Of a stretch of 64,000 nt of DNA, positions 55,641 through 64,000 are shown piece after piece (position 1 is the first letter of the stretch; every line of letters begins with the position of its first letter). Source of the DNA: a virus. Its lineage: Duplodnaviria > Caudoviricetes. The notes below the pieces were generated by a model. The model was not told the origin of the DNA and searched no databases. It saw nothing but the letters and a program-made list of their open reading frames with translations. The stretch is from positions 60,242 to 124,241 of IMG/VR virus record IMGVR_UViG_3300028048_000081. One strand, written 5' to 3'. A program made the translations under genes and the position numbers.

Positions 55641-56336
55641 ATGAACGATACACCGGTATTGTTTAGTAGAGGTAAGTCTAGTAATTTCGTAGATTTAGAT
55701 AAAGATCCAAACACAATATATTTTGTAGAAGATAAAAGAGAAATATATCTAGGAAATTCTAGATTTGCAATAGGAAAAGATATAAATGTAATAGAAACTG
55801 GTGAAGGTGTAATAATATCTGATATAGTTTGGCATCAAAAAACCAGAACATTAGAAATAATAAAGGGGGATGACTCCGCTCTAAAAGAGTATGTAGAAGC
55901 AATAGTAGATTCAATATTAGATGGATTCAGAGTAGTAGATAACGATCCATTACTTTCTCAAGATTCTAAAGGGATAAGTAGTTCAATATCTTTAACACTA
56001 GAATCTGAAGATGAAAGAACCTACATAAAACTTTTAGGGAAAGATGGAAAAATAATATCCAGTATTGATACATCTCAATTTAGAATATCTGGAAATTTAA
56101 AATCTGCTTCTTTATCTGTTAAAGAAGTTTCCGGAGAAACAAAAAGAATACTGACAATGGAGTTTAATACTCCTAATCAGGATATTGTAAATCTAGATGT
56201 AGATGCATTGATAAGATTTGGAAGTTACCAATTTGTAGAAGCTATAACCGATGAATCCACTCATCGACAAATACCTACTGCGAAAGCAGTTGATAACAGA
56301 ATAAAAGATAACATATGTGATTGGGAAACCGTTTAA
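55641..56336 (+). CDS. Fibre-associated structural protein
   Basis: N-terminal module PVLFSRG...DPNTIYFVED.REIYLG; IPTAKAV fibre motif. Confidence 0.55.
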   Translation: MNDTPVLFSRGKSSNFVDLDKDPNTIYFVEDKREIYLGNSRFAIGKDINVIETGEGVIISDIVWHQKTRTLEIIKGDDSALKEYVEAIVDSILDGFRVVDNDPLLSQDSKGISSSISLTLESEDERTYIKLLGKDGKIISSIDTSQFRISGNLKSASLSVKEVSGETKRILTMEFNTPNQDIVNLDVDALIRFGSYQFVEAITDESTHRQIPTAKAVDNRIKDNICDWETV

Positions 56337-56345
56337 GGAGTAATT

Positions 56346-57563
56346 ATGGCTGTAACAAAAGGAAGTCCTGTAAAATTTGTTTATATAGGTACAGGCAAAA
56401 CATTACCTGCTAGTCCAGATCCAAATACAATATATTTGGATGAACCTAATCAGTCTATATGGTTAGGAAGCGCTCTTATAGCAGACCACTTAGAACCGAC
56501 AGATATTCAAGGATACAATGTAAAGGATATTGATGTATCTGGAACAGGTAATAATGTATCAAATATAACATTAGATTACAATACCAAGCATCTTCAGATA
56601 ACTAAAAGTAATCTTCCAACTCTTTCAAAGGGTACAGATACAACAGGTACACCTGTTACATTAACACCGGGTGGTACTTTTACTGCAATGACAGATACCA
56701 GTGTAAGTGATCATACAATAACAGATCAGAATACCACATTTACACTTCCTGCTCAAATGTCATCAGTAGTTGCATCTGTTAATTCAACGGGTGATGGTAT
56801 TTTACTTACTATTACAAATTCTGATAGCACAACATCTACTACAGATTCCGGTGAAATATTTGGAGATATGGCCTTTGAAGATTCATCGGATTATATGACA
56901 GTAACAGACGGTGCAACTAAAGAAGAACTTGAAGAACTTGCTAGTGAAATAACTGGAGCAATGCACTACAAAGGTGTAACTTCTACAGCAGTTACCGATG
57001 GCGGTACAGAAACAGCAACTATTGATGGAGAACCACTTACTGCTGCAGCAGGAGATGTAGTTTTATATCAAGCAAAGGAATTCATATGGAGTACAGCTTG
57101 GCATGAATTAGGCGATGGTTCTTCTTATGCTCTTAAAACCGTTCAGATTTCCGCAGGTACAGGTTTAACAGGTGGTGGTACATTAAGTGGTAATGTTACA
57201 CTTACTCACCAAGCAAAACCAACAACAGGAAGTTCCGCTCTTCCTTCTGCAGTATCTGGTTTAGAAGTTGTGTCTGATGTAATAATTGATACTTTAGGAC
57301 ATGTTAAAAGTGCAAGTAAATCCGATTTAGCTACAAGTGTAAATGGGGCAATCGATACAAAATTAGGAAACTTAGATTTAACTGCTCCTACAGGCGATTA
57401 CATTACTTCTGTATCTCAGGCGGATGGTCAGTTATCTGCTACAGCAGGTACAAAAGGCGCTATTTTACAAAACAATTCAAATTTAGTAGATGGAGGTACA
57501 GTGTATACTGCCATTGAAACTGCAAAAGAAGATGTTCAGTTAGTTTGGGATGTAGTAGAATAA
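56346..57563 (+). CDS. Thr/Gly-rich fibre protein
   Basis: AMHYKGVT, W.ELGD, AGTGLTGGGTLSGNVTLTH, DTLGHV, YITSVSQADG motifs. Confidence 0.7.
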   Translation: MAVTKGSPVKFVYIGTGKTLPASPDPNTIYLDEPNQSIWLGSALIADHLEPTDIQGYNVKDIDVSGTGNNVSNITLDYNTKHLQITKSNLPTLSKGTDTTGTPVTLTPGGTFTAMTDTSVSDHTITDQNTTFTLPAQMSSVVASVNSTGDGILLTITNSDSTTSTTDSGEIFGDMAFEDSSDYMTVTDGATKEELEELASEITGAMHYKGVTSTAVTDGGTETATIDGEPLTAAAGDVVLYQAKEFIWSTAWHELGDGSSYALKTVQISAGTGLTGGGTLSGNVTLTHQAKPTTGSSALPSAVSGLEVVSDVIIDTLGHVKSASKSDLATSVNGAIDTKLGNLDLTAPTGDYITSVSQADGQLSATAGTKGAILQNNSNLVDGGTVYTAIETAKEDVQLVWDVVE

Positions 57564-57603
57564 GAAAGTTAATGTTAATAAAAATAATAATGAAAATATT
57601 ATT

Positions 57604-57639
57604 TGGAGGGGGTAGGAAAATCCCCTCCATTTATTATTT
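57604..57639 (+). terminator. Probable terminator
   Basis: TGGAGGGG/CCCCTCCA stem followed by TTTATTATTT. Confidence 0.6.
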
Positions 57640-57653
57640 AAGGAGAATATATT

Positions 57654-57797
57654 ATGGACCATATATTTAAAACAGTTAAGAATTCATCTACTGGAGATAT
57701 TGAAATTTCAAAAGAAAAAGTAGAATTAGAGAATAAGGGTGAACAACCTATATTTTGGAATGATATTGAAGAATCAGAAGATAATTCTGAATCATAA
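57654..57797 (+). CDS. Small acidic protein (47 aa; not in ORF track)
   Basis: TAAGGAG RBS; MDHIFKTVK...IFWNDIEE... Confidence 0.55.
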   Translation: MDHIFKTVKNSSTGDIEISKEKVELENKGEQPIFWNDIEESEDNSES

Positions 57798-57807
57798 AGG
57801 TGATTCT

Positions 57808-57819
57808 GAACCTTGTATA
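57808..57819 (+). promoter_or_regulatory. Putative late promoter GAACCTTGTATA
   Basis: Exact motif upstream of holin/endolysin. Confidence 0.7.
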
Positions 57820-57862
57820 TCATTAGATAATCCTGTTTAAGAATAATTATTGGAGGTTAATT

Positions 57863-58282
57863 ATGAAAATGATCGCTCTAATCATAATGGTATCTATATT
57901 ACTTGAAGCATTAGTAGAATATGCAAGAACATTTATAGATATGATAGAAGAAGGAAAATACAAAACAGCAATCATACAAGGAGTTACTCTTGCAGGTGGT
58001 ATAGCGCTTGCCTTCATATTTAAATTGCAGTTATTTAATGTTGCAATGGTAGAATTTTATGAAGGTTTACAGATTGATCCTACTGTTGATACTGTTTTAA
58101 CTGGTATCTTATTCAGCAGGGGAAGTAACTATTTCAGTAACATAGTTACAAAGTTAACTCAGAAATCTGAAATAATAGAAATTGAAGATGATATTCCTCA
58201 AACTGAAGAGGATGACTATATTGAAGATATGGAAGGAACAGAAATAGTAGAATCTGACAAAGACGAGAAAGCAGAGGGGTAA
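57863..58282 (+). CDS. Holin
   Basis: Three hydrophobic segments, LTGILFSRGSNY motif, precedes the endolysin. Confidence 0.8.
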   Translation: MKMIALIIMVSILLEALVEYARTFIDMIEEGKYKTAIIQGVTLAGGIALAFIFKLQLFNVAMVEFYEGLQIDPTVDTVLTGILFSRGSNYFSNIVTKLTQKSEIIEIEDDIPQTEEDDYIEDMEGTEIVESDKDEKAEG

Positions 58283-58286
58283 TAAG

Positions 58287-59219
58287 ATGAAACCTAATTT
58301 CTACAAACAGTATGATTACAGATGGTCAGGATATACTATTCGAGGGGCAAGTATTGGAAGAAATGGATGTGGTCCAACATCTATTGCTAATGTTGTATCG
58401 GCATTAGTAAATAGTAGAATAACTCCAAAAGATACCTTCAGATGGATGGCAAATAATGGCTACATTGATCCTGTGAATGGATCTTATTGGAATGGAATAA
58501 CAGCAGCCCTTAAACATTTTGGAATCACTAAATTTAAAGTTACTTCAAGTTCTGCTTCTGCAAAGAAAGCGCTCAAAAATAATCATTGGCTGATAGGCGT
58601 AGTTGTAAGATCAAGATGGACAAATGGTGGACACTATATAACTTTATATGATCTTACATCATCAGAAAGAGTTCTTGTAAGTGATAGCGCTTCAAATTCT
58701 GATTATCGTCAAAAACAAGGTACTTGGAAAGAGTATAGATACGCAGAAAGAATGCAATGGATTGATATTGATCCAAAAGATTATAAGAAATCAAGTACTA
58801 CTAAAACTAAATCCTCTAAGAAATATGTATTATATGTATCAGATGCTAAAGCAAATGTTAGATCCGGAAGAGGAAAAACGAAACCTGTTGTAGGAAAATT
58901 AAAAAGAGGAACAAAATTAACTCTTTGCGATTATAAGAATGGCTGGTATAAGATAAAAACAGGAAAATTCAAAAACAAATTCATAAATGAGAAAGTGTTA
59001 TCTAAATATCAACCTTACATTGCAACATTTAAAACACTGTATAAAATGAATGTACGAAATGGATATTCTACAAATGGAACGTCTATTATACGCACGATTG
59101 GGAAAGGATCAAAGATAAAGTCCTCTAAGAAGAAAGGTAACTGGATATATGTTCCTGGATTAAAGGGCTGGGTTTGTATTAAGAAAGCTAAGAAAACATT
59201 TTTGAAGAAAGTGAAATAA
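58287..59219 (+). CDS. Endolysin: C39-like peptidase + two SH3b domains
   Basis: YKQYD.RW..GCGPTS..GHYI; ANVRSG...GWYKI and MNVRNG...GWV. Confidence 0.85.
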   Translation: MKPNFYKQYDYRWSGYTIRGASIGRNGCGPTSIANVVSALVNSRITPKDTFRWMANNGYIDPVNGSYWNGITAALKHFGITKFKVTSSSASAKKALKNNHWLIGVVVRSRWTNGGHYITLYDLTSSERVLVSDSASNSDYRQKQGTWKEYRYAERMQWIDIDPKDYKKSSTTKTKSSKKYVLYVSDAKANVRSGRGKTKPVVGKLKRGTKLTLCDYKNGWYKIKTGKFKNKFINEKVLSKYQPYIATFKTLYKMNVRNGYSTNGTSIIRTIGKGSKIKSSKKKGNWIYVPGLKGWVCIKKAKKTFLKKVK

Positions 59220-59220
59220 G

Positions 59221-61581
59221 ATGAGTAGAAAAATACTTGTTGATGAATCAGAATTAAATAGTATAGTAGATGCTATAAATAATCGTGCAGATTATTTAGA
59301 TGATATGAATGGGGACACATCTGTAAGTACTAGTATGCGCACTAAAGAGGACGGAAGTAGGCAGATGCAAACAAAAGATTTATCTGACAACATAATGAAA
59401 ATGGAGATAAATTTATCTGATTACTATACAAAATCGGAAATAGATCAACTTATACAAGACGGTAAGTTAAAGATCAGATTTGGATACTTGCCAAATACAG
59501 GGTCTGAAAATACGTTCTACTTTATAGATAAATTTGATCAACAAAATCCTAACATATTAGATTTATCTGTTTACATATGGGATGCTGTAAATGAAGAATA
59601 TAAATGTGTAAGCGATCTTAAATTAGACTTCAAAGAAATAATAAAGCAGAATCAACGCACATTTGATAAATCCGACCCGATAATTCTTAGTATTGACTCT
59701 GAGAACAACAAATTAACAATAGGACTGAATCCAAGTAAATTAAGAGGGGTAACGCAGAATACTTCTGATTCCTCTACTAAAGTGGCAACTACAGAATTTG
59801 TTCATAATCTTATAGAAGGATCAGATAGTGGAAAGATAGTAAAGTGGCAATTAATTGATGATTCTGGATATGATGATATATCAGATGATACTACGGATAG
59901 AGAAAATGGCGTGATATACCTGTATCCTAAATTAGATATGGTATACTTTGGAGATTCTGAATTGGGTGGAACCAACAGATGGAAGATACTAGATGAATTA
60001 TTCTATCAACTATATGTTAAATATACTAGTGGCATCCCAGAAGAATCTCAGACTCCGGGAGATCCAGATGTTCCAACTAGTATATCTGGAGTAGCAGACA
60101 TAGTAAAAGGTCTTAATAAGAATAACTATACTAAATTAAATAGATATCAAGATATATTTGGGGATCCTTGGAGAGGAACTGGTACTATTGAGTGGACTGT
60201 TGAATATGATGGTACATGGTATCCTAATGAGAATAACAAATCTATCAAAGGAATATGTTCAGATTTAGAAATACCTTTAGATGAAAATACAGGAACAGAA
60301 AACGAACCTTTAGTGACAGCTTCTCCAAAAAGTTTTCCAAAAGTTCTATGGTATGGATGGTCTGTAGAAGATGGAATAGCTGTAACAGATAGAGATATTA
60401 CAGATGAAAACAAAGGTGTTATATCGAAGAAAGCATCTGCTTCAGATTACGATAACATATATGATGAAGAAATGGCCAAAGGTGAATATGATTTCTTAGA
60501 CACTATAGAATTAATGAATGATGGTTCATTTGTAGTGGATTTCAATTCTGGAGAATTAGAAAATCCAGATAATCAGATAATAAGACAAGGATATATCTTA
60601 GATATATTTTCTTCTGAACAGAATGTGAACCCTAATGAACAAGTAGATTTTATACCAAATTCTCCGCATGTAGTTTCAGCAGAAGAGGCAGAATCATCAT
60701 CAATCATTATAGATATAGATACAAAGAATATTGATATTACAGATATACAAGTTAATTTAGAGTATAATGGAGAATTTGTAGAAGATATTAGTTCTAACTA
60801 CGAATACGATGATTCAACTCATGAATTAACTGTATATCCTGCTTCAGCGGGTCAATCAGGATTTACTGAGGGGGATGAGATAAGATATTGGTCGGAGAAA
60901 ATACTTACATTGCCACATAGCGTTCCTATAGATTTATCTTGGAAGGGTACACTGTATCCTGTTTGGGAAGAGGAAAAATACACAGAAAATTCTGTACAAA
61001 CAAATATAGCGGACATTTGGAATAACTATTCAAATGTCCCTTGTACAGATATGATAACTCCTCCGACAGGATATACACAATACTTGAAATTTTTCTATGA
61101 TGATAGTGAAGAAGAGAATGATGAAATTAAATTTAGACTTGCTATCATACCTGTTGCAGAAGGAAGTTATGATGAAAATTCAGATTACATTATAAGTTCT
61201 TTAGGAACTATAAATATCGGTATATATGACGAACAAAGAGATTTCAGTGAAGATCCAACAACATTGTCCGAATATCTAAATCTTATAAGTAGTAACGCAT
61301 ATGATATAGTGCACGATCCTGATTATTCTGATTGGCATGATGACGAAGATTGGACAACCGAAGATAATATACATTACTACGAAATATCAGATGACGGACA
61401 AGATATCCTGCATAATAACATAACTTGTTTATACATACAGAAATATTATTTAGATGAAGATGATCAAGTTGTAGTTTTAGAAGAAGGATCAATATATGTT
61501 AAGAACTTTACAACGTCATCTGGATTAGTATATGATATAGAAGATATATTTGTAAGAAATAATGAAGGTGAGGATGAATAA
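59221..61581 (+). CDS. Large acidic fibre-like structural protein
   Basis: YYTKSEID, LP.TG.ENTFY and TQ..SDSSTKVATTEFV fibre motifs. Confidence 0.55.
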   Translation: MSRKILVDESELNSIVDAINNRADYLDDMNGDTSVSTSMRTKEDGSRQMQTKDLSDNIMKMEINLSDYYTKSEIDQLIQDGKLKIRFGYLPNTGSENTFYFIDKFDQQNPNILDLSVYIWDAVNEEYKCVSDLKLDFKEIIKQNQRTFDKSDPIILSIDSENNKLTIGLNPSKLRGVTQNTSDSSTKVATTEFVHNLIEGSDSGKIVKWQLIDDSGYDDISDDTTDRENGVIYLYPKLDMVYFGDSELGGTNRWKILDELFYQLYVKYTSGIPEESQTPGDPDVPTSISGVADIVKGLNKNNYTKLNRYQDIFGDPWRGTGTIEWTVEYDGTWYPNENNKSIKGICSDLEIPLDENTGTENEPLVTASPKSFPKVLWYGWSVEDGIAVTDRDITDENKGVISKKASASDYDNIYDEEMAKGEYDFLDTIELMNDGSFVVDFNSGELENPDNQIIRQGYILDIFSSEQNVNPNEQVDFIPNSPHVVSAEEAESSSIIIDIDTKNIDITDIQVNLEYNGEFVEDISSNYEYDDSTHELTVYPASAGQSGFTEGDEIRYWSEKILTLPHSVPIDLSWKGTLYPVWEEEKYTENSVQTNIADIWNNYSNVPCTDMITPPTGYTQYLKFFYDDSEEENDEIKFRLAIIPVAEGSYDENSDYIISSLGTINIGIYDEQRDFSEDPTTLSEYLNLISSNAYDIVHDPDYSDWHDDEDWTTEDNIHYYEISDDGQDILHNNITCLYIQKYYLDEDDQVVVLEEGSIYVKNFTTSSGLVYDIEDIFVRNNEGEDE

Positions 61582-62087
61582 TGCCACAATCCGAAAAGAA
61601 AGTAGATATAGTATATGGCAGCAGTAAATCCTATAATGATGCAGTAGAATCTGGAAAAACTGATGATAATGCTATATATTTCGTCAACGATCCTATTACA
61701 AATGCTGGAGAAATATATGTAGGAAACATTTGTTATGGTTCAGGTAGATTTAGTAGCAAGTTACAGATATCACATAAATCAATTGTGAATATTGGGAATG
61801 TTGCAGCAGATATGAATGTTACAAAAATAATAGATGATTGGGCAGCATTATCTCCTCCAGATAATGTAATGATTGGGGGATTATATGTTAATGGACTTAG
61901 ATCTGCCCAAGAGATATCTGCTATAGTAGATTACAATGTAAATAGTAGTGGGGATGATCTAATATATATTCCAAAGATTGTAATAACTCCGCATTATACA
62001 TATTCTGACGTTACAACAGAAATTATTGTGGATGTATATAAATATGATATGGTAAATCCAAGTACGAATTCAAATTTAGGAGAATAA
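61581..62087 (+). CDS. Fibre-associated protein with the shared N-terminal module
   Basis: YGS...Y......DDNAIYFV....GEIYVG. Confidence 0.55.
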   Translation: MPQSEKKVDIVYGSSKSYNDAVESGKTDDNAIYFVNDPITNAGEIYVGNICYGSGRFSSKLQISHKSIVNIGNVAADMNVTKIIDDWAALSPPDNVMIGGLYVNGLRSAQEISAIVDYNVNSSGDDLIYIPKIVITPHYTYSDVTTEIIVDVYKYDMVNPSTNSNLGE

Positions 62088-62088
62088 A

Positions 62089-64000
62089 ATGACAAAACAA
62101 ATATGGAATGAAGGAAGAGTAGTTGGATATAGTGCATATGAAGAATATGTAAAGCAGCATCTTGCTCAAGATATTGATACTCCGCCTGCATCTGAACTTG
62201 AATGGTTATCGTCAAGTATAGCGATGGGATCATCTCTTCTGCTCAAACTTCCGGAAGTAACTCCGGATTCGTCAGGATATTCTTATGTAAATATATCTTT
62301 ACCAAAGGATTCTAGATTAGGCGCTGCAAATACAATATTAGCATCCTTCTTTAGTGGTGATGGAAATTTTGAAGAAGATGATCCATGGGCAACCAGAGTT
62401 ATAGATTACGGTAATCTCATTTCAAATACAGCAAGCACTCATCCAGAGGGGCCTCTGGATGATGATGGAACTAAAGGAATAGCCAAAAAGGAATTTCTTG
62501 AATATGATGAAGAAAATAAAGAACGTCTTTTCAATTATATGAAAATAATTGATGGGATTGTTCTTCAACCCGGAACTTGGGAAACTTCAGAAAACAATCC
62601 TCCATATTCGGACGAAATAAATCAAAAAATAGATGGTTGTCCTGTTGTAAGATTAAGTATTCGGGGTAAAATTGAAAATGGAGAAGATAAAGATTATCAG
62701 CCAAGGATACTATTAACCGGGTTCACACTCAAATCTGTACTTTCAGGAGTAACATCTTTTGATGGATCTACTAATGAAACATCTCCTGAAGATGGAGATT
62801 ATCTCGGTCCTGCAATTTATCCTTGGGCAAATAAAATTGTTTTCATAACTCCTAATTCATATTCTGCATATACAGATATGATGAATTCTGCAGATTTTGG
62901 AAATCAAGAAGATCTTGCAACAAAATTCATTGCAAACGGAAAATCTGTAAAGTGCCTTTCTGTATCTCCTATGGTAGAAGATGGATCAGATCCTGAAGTG
63001 TATGAATCTGATGGAGAAGATGGTCAAGAAACTACTGAAGGAAAAGGTGGATTCAATTGGAATAATCTTGCGAGTGCTTTAAAGAATAATAAGTTTGTAA
63101 ATGTATTGTATCAAGCCCTTAAAATAAGAAAACATAATAATAATTCTGAAAAGTATTTAAAAATAAATCCGGATACACAAGGAACTGAAAAGCCAAAAGA
63201 ATCCGAATACGAAAAAATTAAGAGAGGTGGCAGCTGGTATACTTATTACTACGGTACATATGACGGTAAGTATTACGTTTTAGAAACATGTATAATAAGT
63301 CCACAGATGTATGGTGAACTCGTAGATAATGCTATAATATATTCTTGGTCAGGTTCCGATTGGACTAAAGAGGATGAAAGAAAATTCCGTGAAGACGTTG
63401 AAGATCATCATGTGATAGAAGATGTACCATATGAAAATGATAATTCTCAAGAAATAGAAGATGAGATGAAATCTCAAGATAAAACTTATGCACAGCTTCC
63501 AGAATATGCAGGAAATATTGTTACAGGACCATATACATTAGATAATACCAGACCGTTCTTGAATGAAAGTATATCAGCAGGATTTGGGATAAAGAAAACA
63601 AAGAGTGAAGTTATTTTAGATGACGGAGACAAGGGGGAATATGTAAAAACAACTCTTGAATCTAATATAGAAGCGGGTTCAGGGATAGTTACAGAACCAG
63701 ATTCTACTGATCCAAGTAAATTAATAATCAGAAATTCTGCACCTTATACGCCTGGGGGCATCAGTTTTAAATACATTCCGGACAATTTAACATCCACATA
63801 TGTTGATATAACTTTAAATAATAATTTTACGGGTATAAGAACAGATGGTTCTGAAACTGTAAAACAAAAAATTGAAAAATATAAAATTAATAAGGATTGG
63901 AATTATATCTGGAATAGAGAATTCATGACCCCTGGTGATTACAAGAAGAATATTTCAATAGGATTCAATGGAAGTAATTTAATACGTAAACAATCTGGTA
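62089..64000 (+). CDS. Large fibre-like structural protein, 3'-truncated by window end
   Basis: AGGAG RBS; MTKQIWNEGRVVGYSAYE...SELEWLSS; no in-frame stop seen before base 64000. Confidence 0.7.
   Translation, partial: MTKQIWNEGRVVGYSAYEEYVKQHLAQDIDTPPASELEWLSSSIAMGSSLLLKLPEVTPDSSGYSYVNISLPKDSRLGAANTILASFFSGDGNFEEDDPWATRVIDYGNLISNTASTHPEGPLDDDGTKGIAKKEFLEYDEENKERLFNYMKIIDGIVLQPGTWETSENNPPYSDEINQKIDGCPVVRLSIRGKIENGEDKDYQPRILLTGFTLKSVLSGVTSFDGSTNETSPEDGDYLGPAIYPWANKIVFITPNSYSAYTDMMNSADFGNQEDLATKFIANGKSVKCLSVSPMVEDGSDPEVYESDGEDGQETTEGKGGFNWNNLASALKNNKFVNVLYQALKIRKHNNNSEKYLKINPDTQGTEKPKESEYEKIKRGGSWYTYYYGTYDGKYYVLETCIISPQMYGELVDNAIIYSWSGSDWTKEDERKFREDVEDHHVIEDVPYENDNSQEIEDEMKSQDKTYAQLPEYAGNIVTGPYTLDNTRPFLNESISAGFGIKKTKSEVILDDGDKGEYVKTTLESNIEAGSGIVTEPDSTDPSKLIIRNSAPYTPGGISFKYIPDNLTSTYVDITLNNNFTGIRTDGSETVKQKIEKYKINKDWNYIWNREFMTPGDYKKNISIGFNGSNLIRKQSG

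Noticed and set aside
228-62233. All minus-strand ORFs and short alternative-frame plus-strand ORFs in the track
   Set aside because: They overlap well-supported + strand genes, lack RBSs and have shadow-frame composition
1-64000. Stop-codon reassignment (TAG/TGA), as seen in some large gut phages
   Set aside because: Long conserved genes are intact in the standard code, and TAG/TGA stops fall at sensible boundaries next to new RBS/ATG

Overview
This is a 64-kb, AT-rich, gene-dense segment of a large contractile-tailed (T4-like architecture) bacteriophage. Every credible gene lies on the + strand and reads in the standard code. A Gram-positive (Bacillota) host is inferred from GGAGG RBSs, LysM/SH3b/CHAP domains and RecU. 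Gene order: tail chaperone, tape measure and baseplate module with a three-gene peptidoglycan-hydrolase cassette and an inserted Hef-like endonuclease; head module (gp21-like protease fused to a coiled-coil scaffold, gp23-like MCP, gp13-like neck); a mosaic of DNA-metabolism genes (SNF2, RecU, HD, UvrD, SbcC-like, DUF932) and very acidic unknown proteins; two tRNAs; then fibre-like genes and holin/endolysin. The main unexplained pattern is a short [IV]-x-[AS]-[ASGN] motif. It is repeated in the MCP propeptide and protease tail, and it ends a basic N-terminal leader (MKKYIKSS, MKKYVRSS, MKIVSS, MKRIASS, MKIKKSRIVAA...) or separates domains in about 13 acidic orphan proteins, several downstream of a conserved putative late promoter GAACCTTKTATA. 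I infer a capsid-targeting/maturation-cleavage system that packages a large cohort of injected proteins, with non-T4 (small-residue P1) specificity. Three promoter classes are visible (sigmaA-type, ATCGTTAAT-type, GAACCTTKTATA). All product calls come from motif recognition by eye; no searches were run.
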